The position numbers and the translations under genes were made by a program. The notes under the pieces are model-generated. The model was not told where the DNA came from and ran no database searches. It worked only from the letters and a program-made list of their open reading frames with translations. Source: Bdellovibrionota bacterium (GTDB lineage: Bacteria; Bdellovibrionota_C; UBA2361; JBIKWN01). Taken from it: a stretch of 39,501 nucleotides of DNA. The DNA lies in NCBI GenBank assembly GCA_044356295.1, contig JBIKWN010000018.1, positions 1-39,501 of the forward strand. Direction: 5' to 3'. Below are positions 28,222 to 38,084 of this stretch, one piece after another (the stretch's first letter is position 1; each line of letters begins with the position of its first letter).

Positions 28222-31044
28222 CTATTTCTTTTTACCGCCTTCTTTTTCACCCATCAGCCAATTTTCGTACGGGTGTCTCTTCTTAGCTATTCTTTGGGCA
28301 AATCCAGGTTGTCCATTGGCAGCATAGATACCGGTTCCTTGAATATTTTGGTCCATTTGTTTGTTTGCTGAAGACATCGCCATAACACCAAGTTGGTAGT
28401 TTAATGCATTGACCAGACCATGTCCTAATTCTATGACTTCATATATATTTCTAATATCTACTTTAATTGAGTGGGCATCAGATTGTTCTTTCTCCTCTTT
28501 ATATTTCTGGTATATTGGCCAATATGCCTTTGGTACAAGAGTATAGAAACCAAGTTTTTTAGCATCTTTTTTGGGATTAAATAGATCTGAAGGCTTCTGG
28601 ATAATTTTAGCCAACATTCTGTTGTTTATTATAGTATTGCCACTACTATCTTTCGAAGAAAATATTTTCTCAAATCCAGGGTCATCTAGTACAAGGGCGT
28701 TCCACTCACTATCAGACATACGTTTTTCATTAGTGATTGCTTGCTTTTCAAATTCGTTGAGTTTATCAGATGGCAAAACACTTTCAGGTGGAAATATTTC
28801 ACCTAAGAGCAATGACATTCTCTTCTTACTATAAGATTTTTCATCAATAATTTGGCGAACCTGTTTCACAACCTCTGCATCACCATCATCATTTTCTTTT
28901 TCAAAAGAAAATTGCATATCAAATCGAATTTCACGCTTTGTACGAATAAGTTCTTTCGTAAGTAATGCTACATAATCTTCCCCAAGCTCTTCTCTATAGT
29001 CGAGCATGTACTGAATCATTGTTTCTTCTAAATGGTCAACACGTGCATTTAGTTTTAGATATCCTCGATAATCTGCTTGGATTCTAGTCGTATATGGAAT
29101 ATCGTAATATTGTACGATACGCCCATAGATTGAAATAATTCCATTTTCAATATTTTTGTTGAAAGACACTTCGGCTTTCGTTTGTAAGATTGAAGAGGCT
29201 GCACACGCAGCAAAAATCCAAGGGACAGCTGCAATAACAAAAGGAGCCGCAGCAATCGTGCCAATCCCGTACACCGCTGCACCAATTACCAAGAGGGGGA
29301 CTGGTTCAGTTAGAAGGCTACCGTAGTGAGCTGACATCAAGCCAAGTTGACCTGTAGGACTCCTTAAGAATTCAGACCAATTGATATCACCAAATATTTT
29401 CCCTTTAGGATTAGCATTTTCCAGTGATTGTTCTTTCCTTTTATTAGATCGAAAATTTTCCATTTTATCGAGCATAGCTTTCGCTTCTAAATCAAATCCG
29501 AGTCGCTCTAATGCTGCCCTGTCTTCAATCTCTTTTTTATCGTATGTACCTTTCGTATGTATATTTATTAATGTATCTCTCGCAATTCCTAAGGTATTTA
29601 TGATTAAATCTGCATCATCTCCAAGTGCTTTTTTAACACTTGGATTATTATACAGTGACATTTGTTGTTTATAAGTATTCTGAATATCGTCTAAAGAGAC
29701 GTTTTTATAATATGATGTCCCCAAGATCCCATAGAGGTCAAAGAATGTTTTATTTTTCCAAAAAGTAAGAAATGCCTCATACACTTCTTTTTCTCTTCCT
29801 GTAAGATTTTTTAATTCCTTTCCACTTTTACCACTTAATAATCTGGTAGCTTCATCCATATCAGGACACTCTAATTTGCATGAATGAGCAAAACGCTTAG
29901 CACGTGCAGCCGGCATATCAATCGATTTCGCAAATAGCTGCAGCATTTTATTGATTTGCGCATCAGCATTTGGGGCATTAATGATGTTTGATGCTTGAGT
30001 AACTCTTTCTTTTAATAAAAGTAGCTGTGTTTTTTTTTCACCTGTCTCTGATGGAAGTAATTGATCTAGTTTTTTTTGCAGTTCGGAAATTTCATTCCGG
30101 ATTTTTGGAATATCTACGTCGCCTTCAAATTCGTAAGCCGAAACTTTATCATCATTCGCTTGACTTTTTATTTTACCAGGTACGATGTCAATTCCAATAG
30201 ATGTAAAAACTGACAAAGGATCATTATGAATGTCTTTTGTCATAGATTCTTGAAAATGAGACAGAATATCATCCATCGAAGTGTTGATATGCTTAACTTC
30301 CTGAATAAGGTCAGCGTAATTTATTTTTAATAGTGCTTTCATTGCACTAAAATCAGCACGAAGATCCCCCGTAGCTTTTAATTGCTGATCTAAATACTGC
30401 GATAATGCACGTTGCCCACTAGAAGAAAGATTAGTTGAAACCGCGCTCGTTGCGTCAGCTATGTTGGTAGAAAGCTGAATAATCCTTCTTTCAATTTCAT
30501 CAAGCGTTGGTTCAAAATCCTCAAATTTAGATGAATCCCAACTTCCATCAACCCCTTTTCTTAGTGATAAATTGACAAGCGCATCAGGTCGTAACGAGTT
30601 ACTACCTTGGTCGTAAATCTGGGTTAAAAGAGCTTGATGAGTTTCATGCAACTCTTGTTGCATTTGATATAATTTTGATGCTGCTTCAGCTTTATCTATT
30701 GTACCAGGGGCAGATTCAAATTGTTTTAATTGTTCAGTTAAGGTTGTTAATTCTCTTTTTTGGTCAGGATCAATAATTGTGGTTTGAAATTCCTCTAATA
30801 AACTAATCGATTGTACTAATGAATCATTATCAACAATTTTTAAATGATTGAGAGCATTTCTTACAGCAGGACTTTTGTTACTTTGACCAATGACGATATT
30901 GATGATTCCAATTGGACCATACAAATTACGTTCCTCATCCGGAATGCGTTGAAGTTCACTGGCGAACGCTTTTGCTGGCTCGACCTGCGCCTGGACCTCA
31001 GCACCTACTTGTTGAAATATGTTTCCCATCAATGGATTCGCCAT
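28222..31044 (-). CDS. coiled-coil protein with degenerate J-domain and transmembrane segment(s)
   Basis: DLYGILGTS...VSLDDIQNTYKQQMSLYNNP...IINTLGIARDTLINIHTKGTYD resembles a J-domain; hydrophobic PLLVIGAAVYGIGTIAAAPFVIAAVPWIFAACAA. Confidence 0.7.
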   Translation of the reverse strand: MANPLMGNIFQQVGAEVQAQVEPAKAFASELQRIPDEERNLYGPIGIINIVIGQSNKSPAVRNALNHLKIVDNDSLVQSISLLEEFQTTIIDPDQKRELTTLTEQLKQFESAPGTIDKAEAASKLYQMQQELHETHQALLTQIYDQGSNSLRPDALVNLSLRKGVDGSWDSSKFEDFEPTLDEIERRIIQLSTNIADATSAVSTNLSSSGQRALSQYLDQQLKATGDLRADFSAMKALLKINYADLIQEVKHINTSMDDILSHFQESMTKDIHNDPLSVFTSIGIDIVPGKIKSQANDDKVSAYEFEGDVDIPKIRNEISELQKKLDQLLPSETGEKKTQLLLLKERVTQASNIINAPNADAQINKMLQLFAKSIDMPAARAKRFAHSCKLECPDMDEATRLLSGKSGKELKNLTGREKEVYEAFLTFWKNKTFFDLYGILGTSYYKNVSLDDIQNTYKQQMSLYNNPSVKKALGDDADLIINTLGIARDTLINIHTKGTYDKKEIEDRAALERLGFDLEAKAMLDKMENFRSNKRKEQSLENANPKGKIFGDINWSEFLRSPTGQLGLMSAHYGSLLTEPVPLLVIGAAVYGIGTIAAAPFVIAAVPWIFAACAASSILQTKAEVSFNKNIENGIISIYGRIVQYYDIPYTTRIQADYRGYLKLNARVDHLEETMIQYMLDYREELGEDYVALLTKELIRTKREIRFDMQFSFEKENDDGDAEVVKQVRQIIDEKSYSKKRMSLLLGEIFPPESVLPSDKLNEFEKQAITNEKRMSDSEWNALVLDDPGFEKIFSSKDSSGNTIINNRMLAKIIQKPSDLFNPKKDAKKLGFYTLVPKAYWPIYQKYKEEKEQSDAHSIKVDIRNIYEVIELGHGLVNALNYQLGVMAMSSANKQMDQNIQGTGIYAANGQPGFAQRIAKKRHPYENWLMGEKEGGKKK

Positions 31045-31105
31045 AAGATTAACCTAATGAAATAGTTCGTAGTGAAAAGGAGAAAAGTAAACCTTTTGTC
31101 CTTAA

Positions 31106-31136
31106 ATAGTTATGCTGAAAGAGAGAAATATGTATC
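31106..31136 (-). promoter_or_regulatory. shared bipartite motif GATACA-N16-CATAACTAT
   Basis: Minus strand gataca-tatttctctctttcag-cataactat, upstream of ATG 31044. Confidence 0.6.
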
Positions 31137-31181
31137 TTTAAAAAAAGTAGAATTTTACCAATAGTTTCGGCTAGTTACGCA

Positions 31182-32519
31182 TTACTTCAACGTTTCTAAT
31201 AATCCTTGTTTAGTAATATAGATTGTTTTAGTTTTTTTAGTCTTTGGATTTACTAAATAGACAGCTAAATAGGCATCGCCTTCACTATCAATAAATGTAG
31301 TAAATTTTTCTCTGAGTTTAGCTTCAAGTTTAGCTCTTTTTTGTGAGTCGCTTAATTCACCACCATCAAGAACAATGTCACTGACCTTTGCGATACAGTA
31401 GTCCTTCCAGTCTCCTACAGTGGTAGGAATCATTCTCTTAAGGCCGTTGTCGTACACAAAAGAATTCTTAAGGAGGGCACTCGGTTCAATAAAACGATTA
31501 AATTCATAACTACGGCCTCGTGCCGGCAGTGATGTCATTACCTGTGCACCTGTTGTTAGATCCGAGACAACAGGCCACTGCATATATGCATCAGCAGGAT
31601 TAAAGAAATACTTCTGCAAGACGCCGGATGTATTGACGCTTTTATAAATTTCAGTTTTTCCAAGTAATGTATCTATTGATGCAGTTTTTAGTTTCTCTTT
31701 GGCGCTATTGAAGTCGACAGAAGATGGTTGACCATTCCCGCTTGTATTAGAAGAGGCTTGACGAGCAGTAACTTCATGAATCGATGCTAAACAGAGGGCA
31801 AGCGACCCTCCAACCTGAAAAGAATTAGCAGCGACACTACCCTGCCCAACACCCAACTGCTGTTCAATTGCTTTCTCGGAAAGAGAAGTTCGATCACTTA
31901 GTTTTTTTAATTTTTCTGGATTCAAATTATTATTAGTGACACATTCATCCAGAATAGTTTTTGAAGCGATGATAACAGCGAGGTATCCTCTTTCTTTTAG
32001 AAAATCATTTAATGCGATATTTGTAGCAGTAATTTTTTGTATTGTTTGTGCATTAAGCGAAGTTCCCGCTGAAGCTAATGCTGCGTTTCGCTCTTTTAAT
32101 AGTTCATTGTAACGATTTAATGCTGGTTCATATTCATCCACTTTAGCAAGCATTTCTTTTAATAAAGCGTTTCTAGTATCAGGGGTACCATTTATAATAC
32201 GCGTCAGTAACTCTTCACGGGCTTCTAAAGTTGCTTGAATACGAGGCAATACAATCGCTTCCTGTTTAATAGCTGTAAGCATCTCATTAGAAAGTGCTTC
32301 ATTAGGCTTTATTTCTTTGCCTCCTGGTGCGAGCAATTCACCAAGCAACTTAACTCCTTCTTGCGAAGGCATGCTTGCTCCACGAAGACCAGCACGAATT
32401 TTATCACGATCTACTTTCACATCAGAGAAGGCATAAGACTGTAGTGCAACACTTGCAGAAACTTCTGGTTCATTTTTTCTAGCAAGTTCATCTGGTGTCG
32501 GTAGACTTTGCTGTTCCAT
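31182..32519 (-). CDS. hypothetical protein (helical N-terminal half)
   Basis: 445-aa ORF directly after the traG-like gene; no recognisable domain. Confidence 0.8.
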   Translation of the reverse strand: MEQQSLPTPDELARKNEPEVSASVALQSYAFSDVKVDRDKIRAGLRGASMPSQEGVKLLGELLAPGGKEIKPNEALSNEMLTAIKQEAIVLPRIQATLEAREELLTRIINGTPDTRNALLKEMLAKVDEYEPALNRYNELLKERNAALASAGTSLNAQTIQKITATNIALNDFLKERGYLAVIIASKTILDECVTNNNLNPEKLKKLSDRTSLSEKAIEQQLGVGQGSVAANSFQVGGSLALCLASIHEVTARQASSNTSGNGQPSSVDFNSAKEKLKTASIDTLLGKTEIYKSVNTSGVLQKYFFNPADAYMQWPVVSDLTTGAQVMTSLPARGRSYEFNRFIEPSALLKNSFVYDNGLKRMIPTTVGDWKDYCIAKVSDIVLDGGELSDSQKRAKLEAKLREKFTTFIDSEGDAYLAVYLVNPKTKKTKTIYITKQGLLETLK

Positions 32520-32577
32520 AATCTTATTACAACTGTATTTTTATCTAATATAATTTGAATTGAGATCCTAAACTAAT

Positions 32578-35500
32578 TTATTTTGAAGGCTTTTTGTCTT
32601 CATCTTTTGGTCCTTGGTCGACACGTGCCATTGGAATATCTACTCGAGGTCGATTATCCGCCCCTGCTGGAAGACTTGCAGCACCTACACCATCTGTTCT
32701 AGTCTTTGCATCAGCACCGCCATAGGTAGCAAGTGGCGCACCAAGTCCATTCGCGGTTGCAAAATTATATCCTCCATCAAGACCCCATGTTGCCACCCCA
32801 CCATTTGCTCCAGTGGCGAAGTTATTTTTGTACTCTGTATTTGCGTTACCTAATGCATTACCTAATTTCCAAGGCTCAGCTGAATCACGGAATGCTCCAA
32901 GCAATCTATTCTCGCCGTATGCTTGTCCGGCTGCATTAAACATTTGATTGTGGGTACCAAATATTCCCTTAGAATTATCACCCTGCCATGTTAAGTCTAA
33001 ATATCGAGCTTGTTGATCCTTGCCAAGCTGTCCTGAACCAACAAGGTTTCCATATTCTGTATTAAACTGACCACTATTGTTGACGTTTGTGACTGCAAGT
33101 AATCCACTATTAGCAGCCTCTAGGAAGAAATTATTTTGTCCGTCTAGTGCACTATCCTGTGTCAATCCATTAACCATACTTGTTCCACGATTGGCTGCAC
33201 CGCCAAGTAACTCACCATATGCACGAGCTCTTGCCATATCTTGATCAAGACCTCCAACTTGGGCTTGTGTCATTGCTTGAGAGTTGAGTGTCTTGGAATC
33301 AATAACAAACTGACCGGTTTTAGAATCAATATCTACACCGGTACCAAAGAAGTTGGCCATGCTATTACCAACCCATGCTTTACCATTGAAAAATCCTGCT
33401 CCAACAAACTGTTGTCCTGGCGTTGCTTGACCACCAGCTCCACCTCCTGCACCACTTGCTCCAACAAATCCACCAGATGAGTTATGATCTGCACCTTGTG
33501 GTGAAGATCTAACAACTCCCGTCGGATTACCTCCTTGTCCACCACCAGCACCACTACCGCTTGCGCCTCCGGCGGGTGCTCCACCTGAAATTCTAGCTGC
33601 ATCTGCAGCCTGAAGTTTCCCTCTATCCATTGAATCACCGTTCCAGATTTCAGATTCAAGTAAACCTTGGGCAACAGCAGGGGTCATATGTAGATTACCT
33701 GGATTACCATTAACTACATTTTGTAAATCTCGCTTTGTAGGTAATCCCTGCCCGTTGTTTCGTACAGCCTGATTCGCTAAAAATGCAATTGCAGTATTTG
33801 GATTAGCCAGCATCGAAGCCATTTCAGTTTCATACTGAAGATTTCGTGATCCCAAACGTTGACCGACATCAACCATTCCCTGCATATTACGAAGACCAGT
33901 CGCTTGTGCACCCATTGCACCAACATTTAAATTATTTCTTGCAGCAGTATTTTGCGCGCCAAGTATCCCTTGACTAAAATCAAACTTCTCACCATTGGCA
34001 AGGGTACCTTGTTCGATTGCCTTTAATGCATATGCCCTATTTTGTAATGCTTGAGCTCGTTGCATATTTCCAGTCATGTTTGCTTGCATTGCGTCGCCAG
34101 CTTTCTTACCAACTTCATTAGCCATCCCTTGAAACGCCTGAGTAATACTCCCAGCCATACTAGCCTTAGCCCCAAGCACCAACTGCCCAGTAATCATCGG
34201 GACTGCAAAATACAGCGCAGCCATAATATAAATGTAATATGAATTCTGTAGATCCAGATCCATGTTTGAAAATAATGTCATGCTGCGATCAAGGAATGCG
34301 TAGGAATTCATTGAAAGTTTAAGATTCGCAGGATCTTTGAAACCAACTAACGCAAGTTTTGTTGCATCTGGAATTTTTGCACCTGCACCCGCCCCTTGCC
34401 AAACGGTCGTACCGAAGTCGAGCATCTGTGCAATAAACGGATTTAACTGGGTTGCCTTGGAAGAGTTACCAATCGTTGCCCAAACACTTCTTTCAAATAG
34501 TACAACAATTGCAAAACCTAGATCCCAAAGTTTTGCCCAAACCCAAAATGACGCCCAAGTAAAAATTATCTTACTGCACCGAGGAAGTAACATAACAGCA
34601 CATGCAAATGGATATCCCAACGCGAGAAGATACAACAATAATCCCTGAAGATACGGCATCATCAATGCCCAGGAATAAATTTCACCAAATTTATTTCTTG
34701 AGCCTACGGTTTTTTGGTACATCTCAATTGCATTTTGTGCAGATTGCGCAGAAGTAAATCGTAATTTACGTACTGCTGCATTAGGAGCGAGTAAAAACTC
34801 GTTTTTAAACATATTAATCAATATAAGATTAATCATGAACTGTCGGCGGGCCTCGGGGGTTTCAACTTTCGGAGGATTTTTATCTTCTGCGATAATTTGC
34901 TTCCAACTTTTTGCTCCTGCAGTCGCTGGGAACAAAACTTCTTTCGGATACTTTCTTACATCCCAACCATTTAAGAAAGCATTATCAAATTGATCTGGAT
35001 TCTCAACACCAACAGGTAATTGACGAACAAGTTGTGTGTATACACCTGCAGCTTCCCAGCGGAAACCTCGAACGATAATATCTAGTAAATGCCCGCATTG
35101 AATCTGTCCTGAACTTTGTAAAAGCTCATCTAAAGTGAGGAACTCAGCAACAGGAACAGGGGAACCGTTTGGCAAAATGACACCTTTAAAAAACTTTACT
35201 TCCTCCCCTACTCCATCTTTTGCAAGTAATGCATTTCTAAAACTACCCGGCTGAGGAATATCAATACCACCATTGTCCTTAGTAGCATAAAGAAGTCGTC
35301 GGATAGCTAATGGCGTAGTCGTTGTTCCATTCAATTTTCTATTAAATTCAGAATAGGTTTTATTAAGATCTGCTTGATACTGTTCAGCGGTCACCCCCCC
35401 TGACATAAAAACGCCTGGTGGTATCGTTCCATTGATACTTTGCGAAGCAGCCATATAACGTGATGCATCAATTCCACTTTGAAAACGATCTCCACAACTG

Positions 35501-36243
35501 CTCGCCATAAACGTAATAAAAGAGTCCCGCAGTTCAGGTGAACTCAACCTTGCTTGAGCGATTGTATCAAGCATCCCCCATTTTAAATTTGAAAGCAGAT
35601 GCCAGCGACCACTAGTATCATTACCAGTTCCTGTGGAACTAGCACCAGATGTTGAACCTACCGACTGACCCTTATAGACACCCAGCCACTTGATGATTTC
35701 TTGAATTGTATCACTTACAACTCCGTCCAGCTGAGCGAATGCAAAAGAGATATTCACTGTTCCATTACCATTCACACCACCTGAAGGAGGGGCAAACCCA
35801 TTAACGACTAACCCTTCACGTTCTGTAATGTTCATCGTTTTTAAACCAACTTCAGCTAGCTTCCAAACTTCTTGTTGTTCTTGCGGAACACCAGCTACTT
35901 TCCATGCTGTTCCCATCACCGGAGAAGTCGTTCCTAATAAAAAGTGGAAAAGTACTGGGCCCATAAAAAACCACACATACATTTTTGGCGGAGATCCCAT
36001 CGCCATTCCAACCATGCCGCTTATAAGGGCAATCATATAAATAAAAACTGCGAACCGTTGAAACTCACCTGCACCCACAAAGTTCAGCATATCTGCATGA
36101 ATCCAATAACCTTGTGTTGCAAATGCTGCAGTAACAGCATGAAAACTGGACCCTGGCATTAATTCAGAGTAACCATTATTCGCAAAAAGTCCCCCAAAGG
36201 CACCGTTGATTGCGTCTATAAGTCCCTGTAATATTCCAAACAC
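32578..36243 (-). CDS. TraG_N-like (F-type mating-pair stabilisation) membrane protein with Gly-rich C-terminus
   Basis: Two N-terminal TM helices, large Cys-containing soluble domain, then MPYLQGLLLYLLALGYPFACAV...FWVWAKLWDLGFAIV and YIMAALYFAVPMI TM cluster as in TraG_N; GTG start with GAGGG RBS. Confidence 0.7.
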   Translation of the reverse strand: MFGILQGLIDAINGAFGGLFANNGYSELMPGSSFHAVTAAFATQGYWIHADMLNFVGAGEFQRFAVFIYMIALISGMVGMAMGSPPKMYVWFFMGPVLFHFLLGTTSPVMGTAWKVAGVPQEQQEVWKLAEVGLKTMNITEREGLVVNGFAPPSGGVNGNGTVNISFAFAQLDGVVSDTIQEIIKWLGVYKGQSVGSTSGASSTGTGNDTSGRWHLLSNLKWGMLDTIAQARLSSPELRDSFITFMASSCGDRFQSGIDASRYMAASQSINGTIPPGVFMSGGVTAEQYQADLNKTYSEFNRKLNGTTTTPLAIRRLLYATKDNGGIDIPQPGSFRNALLAKDGVGEEVKFFKGVILPNGSPVPVAEFLTLDELLQSSGQIQCGHLLDIIVRGFRWEAAGVYTQLVRQLPVGVENPDQFDNAFLNGWDVRKYPKEVLFPATAGAKSWKQIIAEDKNPPKVETPEARRQFMINLILINMFKNEFLLAPNAAVRKLRFTSAQSAQNAIEMYQKTVGSRNKFGEIYSWALMMPYLQGLLLYLLALGYPFACAVMLLPRCSKIIFTWASFWVWAKLWDLGFAIVVLFERSVWATIGNSSKATQLNPFIAQMLDFGTTVWQGAGAGAKIPDATKLALVGFKDPANLKLSMNSYAFLDRSMTLFSNMDLDLQNSYYIYIMAALYFAVPMITGQLVLGAKASMAGSITQAFQGMANEVGKKAGDAMQANMTGNMQRAQALQNRAYALKAIEQGTLANGEKFDFSQGILGAQNTAARNNLNVGAMGAQATGLRNMQGMVDVGQRLGSRNLQYETEMASMLANPNTAIAFLANQAVRNNGQGLPTKRDLQNVVNGNPGNLHMTPAVAQGLLESEIWNGDSMDRGKLQAADAARISGGAPAGGASGSGAGGGQGGNPTGVVRSSPQGADHNSSGGFVGASGAGGGAGGQATPGQQFVGAGFFNGKAWVGNSMANFFGTGVDIDSKTGQFVIDSKTLNSQAMTQAQVGGLDQDMARARAYGELLGGAANRGTSMVNGLTQDSALDGQNNFFLEAANSGLLAVTNVNNSGQFNTEYGNLVGSGQLGKDQQARYLDLTWQGDNSKGIFGTHNQMFNAAGQAYGENRLLGAFRDSAEPWKLGNALGNANTEYKNNFATGANGGVATWGLDGGYNFATANGLGAPLATYGGADAKTRTDGVGAASLPAGADNRPRVDIPMARVDQGPKDEDKKPSK

Positions 36244-36277
36244 TTCAATCCCTCTTATTCATACAATCAAATCATTA

Positions 36278-38080
36278 TTATTTTGAAGCAGGTGCAATCC
36301 GCTCCTTAAGTACGTTTAAAAATTGTTGATAACTCGATGCAAAATACTGCGCTGTTTCACGACTACCGTAATTTGGCGCAACATCACGAAGTAGATTTAT
36401 ACCAGCTTGTTTTGCTTCGGATTCAAAATCACCACCGGAAAGATTTCCAAGTATTGCGTAACCAGTTGCTACACTTGTATTAACTTGATCACCTGCAATA
36501 ATCGAAGCATACGTTAATGTTAACCAACGAACTCCTGCGACTCCATTACTAGCACCAGGCTTGTCAGAGAGAAGTCTTGAGACTGCTGTTTCGCCTTGTT
36601 CTAGTACCTTTGACTCAACCGGGGGTAATGTTGGATCCATCATATCGCACATTGAAGTACCACCATTCCCTCCTGGGAAAAGTATTTTTGCGTAAGTATA
36701 AATATTCTCTCCGACTACTCGATCAAAAGTTGAAAATGATGATGACAAAAGTTGCACTTCATTTCGAGTGATACGAATAGGCGACTCAACCTCTGATGGA
36801 GTCCAGAAAGCATCCGATGATGGTGGTGGTGGAGAATCTTCAGACCCTGAAGAAGGTGCTTGAATTCTGCAATACTTTGTTAATACTTTCCAAAGCGTAT
36901 AGTAAGTATAGTGAGTTTTAAAAGCTGCGTACTGCTCAAAACCGGTTGCTCCTTTATCTTTAAAAATATCAGCTTTAAACTGCTTTACATTATTTGCTGT
37001 TACTGCAGATTGATAGCTAAAAAAAGGTTTAATTTTTCTGACTGCAGTTCTCATAAAGGAAGTATTTGGGGTACCTCCTTCTTGATACACGTATTGAACA
37101 TCTCCAAAAAGATTACCCCAATCATAGGCTAATTGTGTTACAGCACGTTTAACCTCATCCGTTTTAAGAAAAGCACCAAGCGAAGCACTCACAAGAGTTG
37201 GTACAAAAAGTAGGTGTCTTAGTTTAATCTGATTAGTTTGTAGATCTTCCCCAGAAAAGATAGAACCAACTAAGCCTGCATTAAGCACATCTTCTTCTTT
37301 CCACTGGTTATTTCTAAAGACGCTTCGTTTGCCTTTAAAAGCAGGATGACTTGGGTGAAATTTGAATGATAAGGTGTCTGCTGCATTAGGATTTTCTAAC
37401 TTTGTTACAGAAAGAAGAACTTTATCTTGTTGTTTCAAACATGATTCTTGCGCAGATGCATATGTATAGTTTTGACTAACAAGTACAGCCATACATCGAC
37501 GATATGCTTCTGATAATTTTCTTCCACCTTCTCCTGAAGTATTAAATGCAAGTTGGGCATTTTGTTCTGCTTGATAACGTTGTTGACCAAAGCCCATAGC
37601 GAAAGAGAGTGACCGATCAAGTGCAGCGGCAGCTTGAGGGGATGCACTATTCCAAGACTGAAATGATAATGCTAAAGGTGAGAGCGCTTGCCCTCCTGCA
37701 GAAACACTTGCAGAAAGAACATCACCCATTTTTTTAGAATTCATTGTTTCTTTCAAAGCACCCATTGGTGATACAACAGCTATATTTGCATCAGCTGATA
37801 GCTGTTCAGAGAAAGACTCTATAGTGCATTTATCACCTTCGCATTCTTGATCTCTACGTGGATTACCCTGATTTGGAATATTTATGTTGACGTCATTTCC
37901 ACCTGTATCTTGAAGATTTACCAGCGGAACACCTGCACTGCCAATGGGACCGTTTACATTGCCAGTCAATGCTGAAACTGCTGCACCTATTGCACCTATT
38001 GGAATCCCTTGCGCTTGGGCTGAAGAGGCAGCAAACACTGCAACAATAATAAAACTAAAAATAAATTTTCTAAATTTCAT
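36278..38080 (-). CDS. secreted protein, TraH-like
   Basis: Sec signal (..AQA/Q), SFQSWNSASPQAAAALD helix, paired Cys (YRRC...QESC), LFGDV; located immediately before the traG-like gene. Assignment rests on weak motifs plus position. Confidence 0.45.
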   Translation of the reverse strand: MKFRKFIFSFIIVAVFAASSAQAQGIPIGAIGAAVSALTGNVNGPIGSAGVPLVNLQDTGGNDVNINIPNQGNPRRDQECEGDKCTIESFSEQLSADANIAVVSPMGALKETMNSKKMGDVLSASVSAGGQALSPLALSFQSWNSASPQAAAALDRSLSFAMGFGQQRYQAEQNAQLAFNTSGEGGRKLSEAYRRCMAVLVSQNYTYASAQESCLKQQDKVLLSVTKLENPNAADTLSFKFHPSHPAFKGKRSVFRNNQWKEEDVLNAGLVGSIFSGEDLQTNQIKLRHLLFVPTLVSASLGAFLKTDEVKRAVTQLAYDWGNLFGDVQYVYQEGGTPNTSFMRTAVRKIKPFFSYQSAVTANNVKQFKADIFKDKGATGFEQYAAFKTHYTYYTLWKVLTKYCRIQAPSSGSEDSPPPPSSDAFWTPSEVESPIRITRNEVQLLSSSFSTFDRVVGENIYTYAKILFPGGNGGTSMCDMMDPTLPPVESKVLEQGETAVSRLLSDKPGASNGVAGVRWLTLTYASIIAGDQVNTSVATGYAILGNLSGGDFESEAKQAGINLLRDVAPNYGSRETAQYFASSYQQFLNVLKERIAPASK

Positions 38081-38084
38081 CGTA

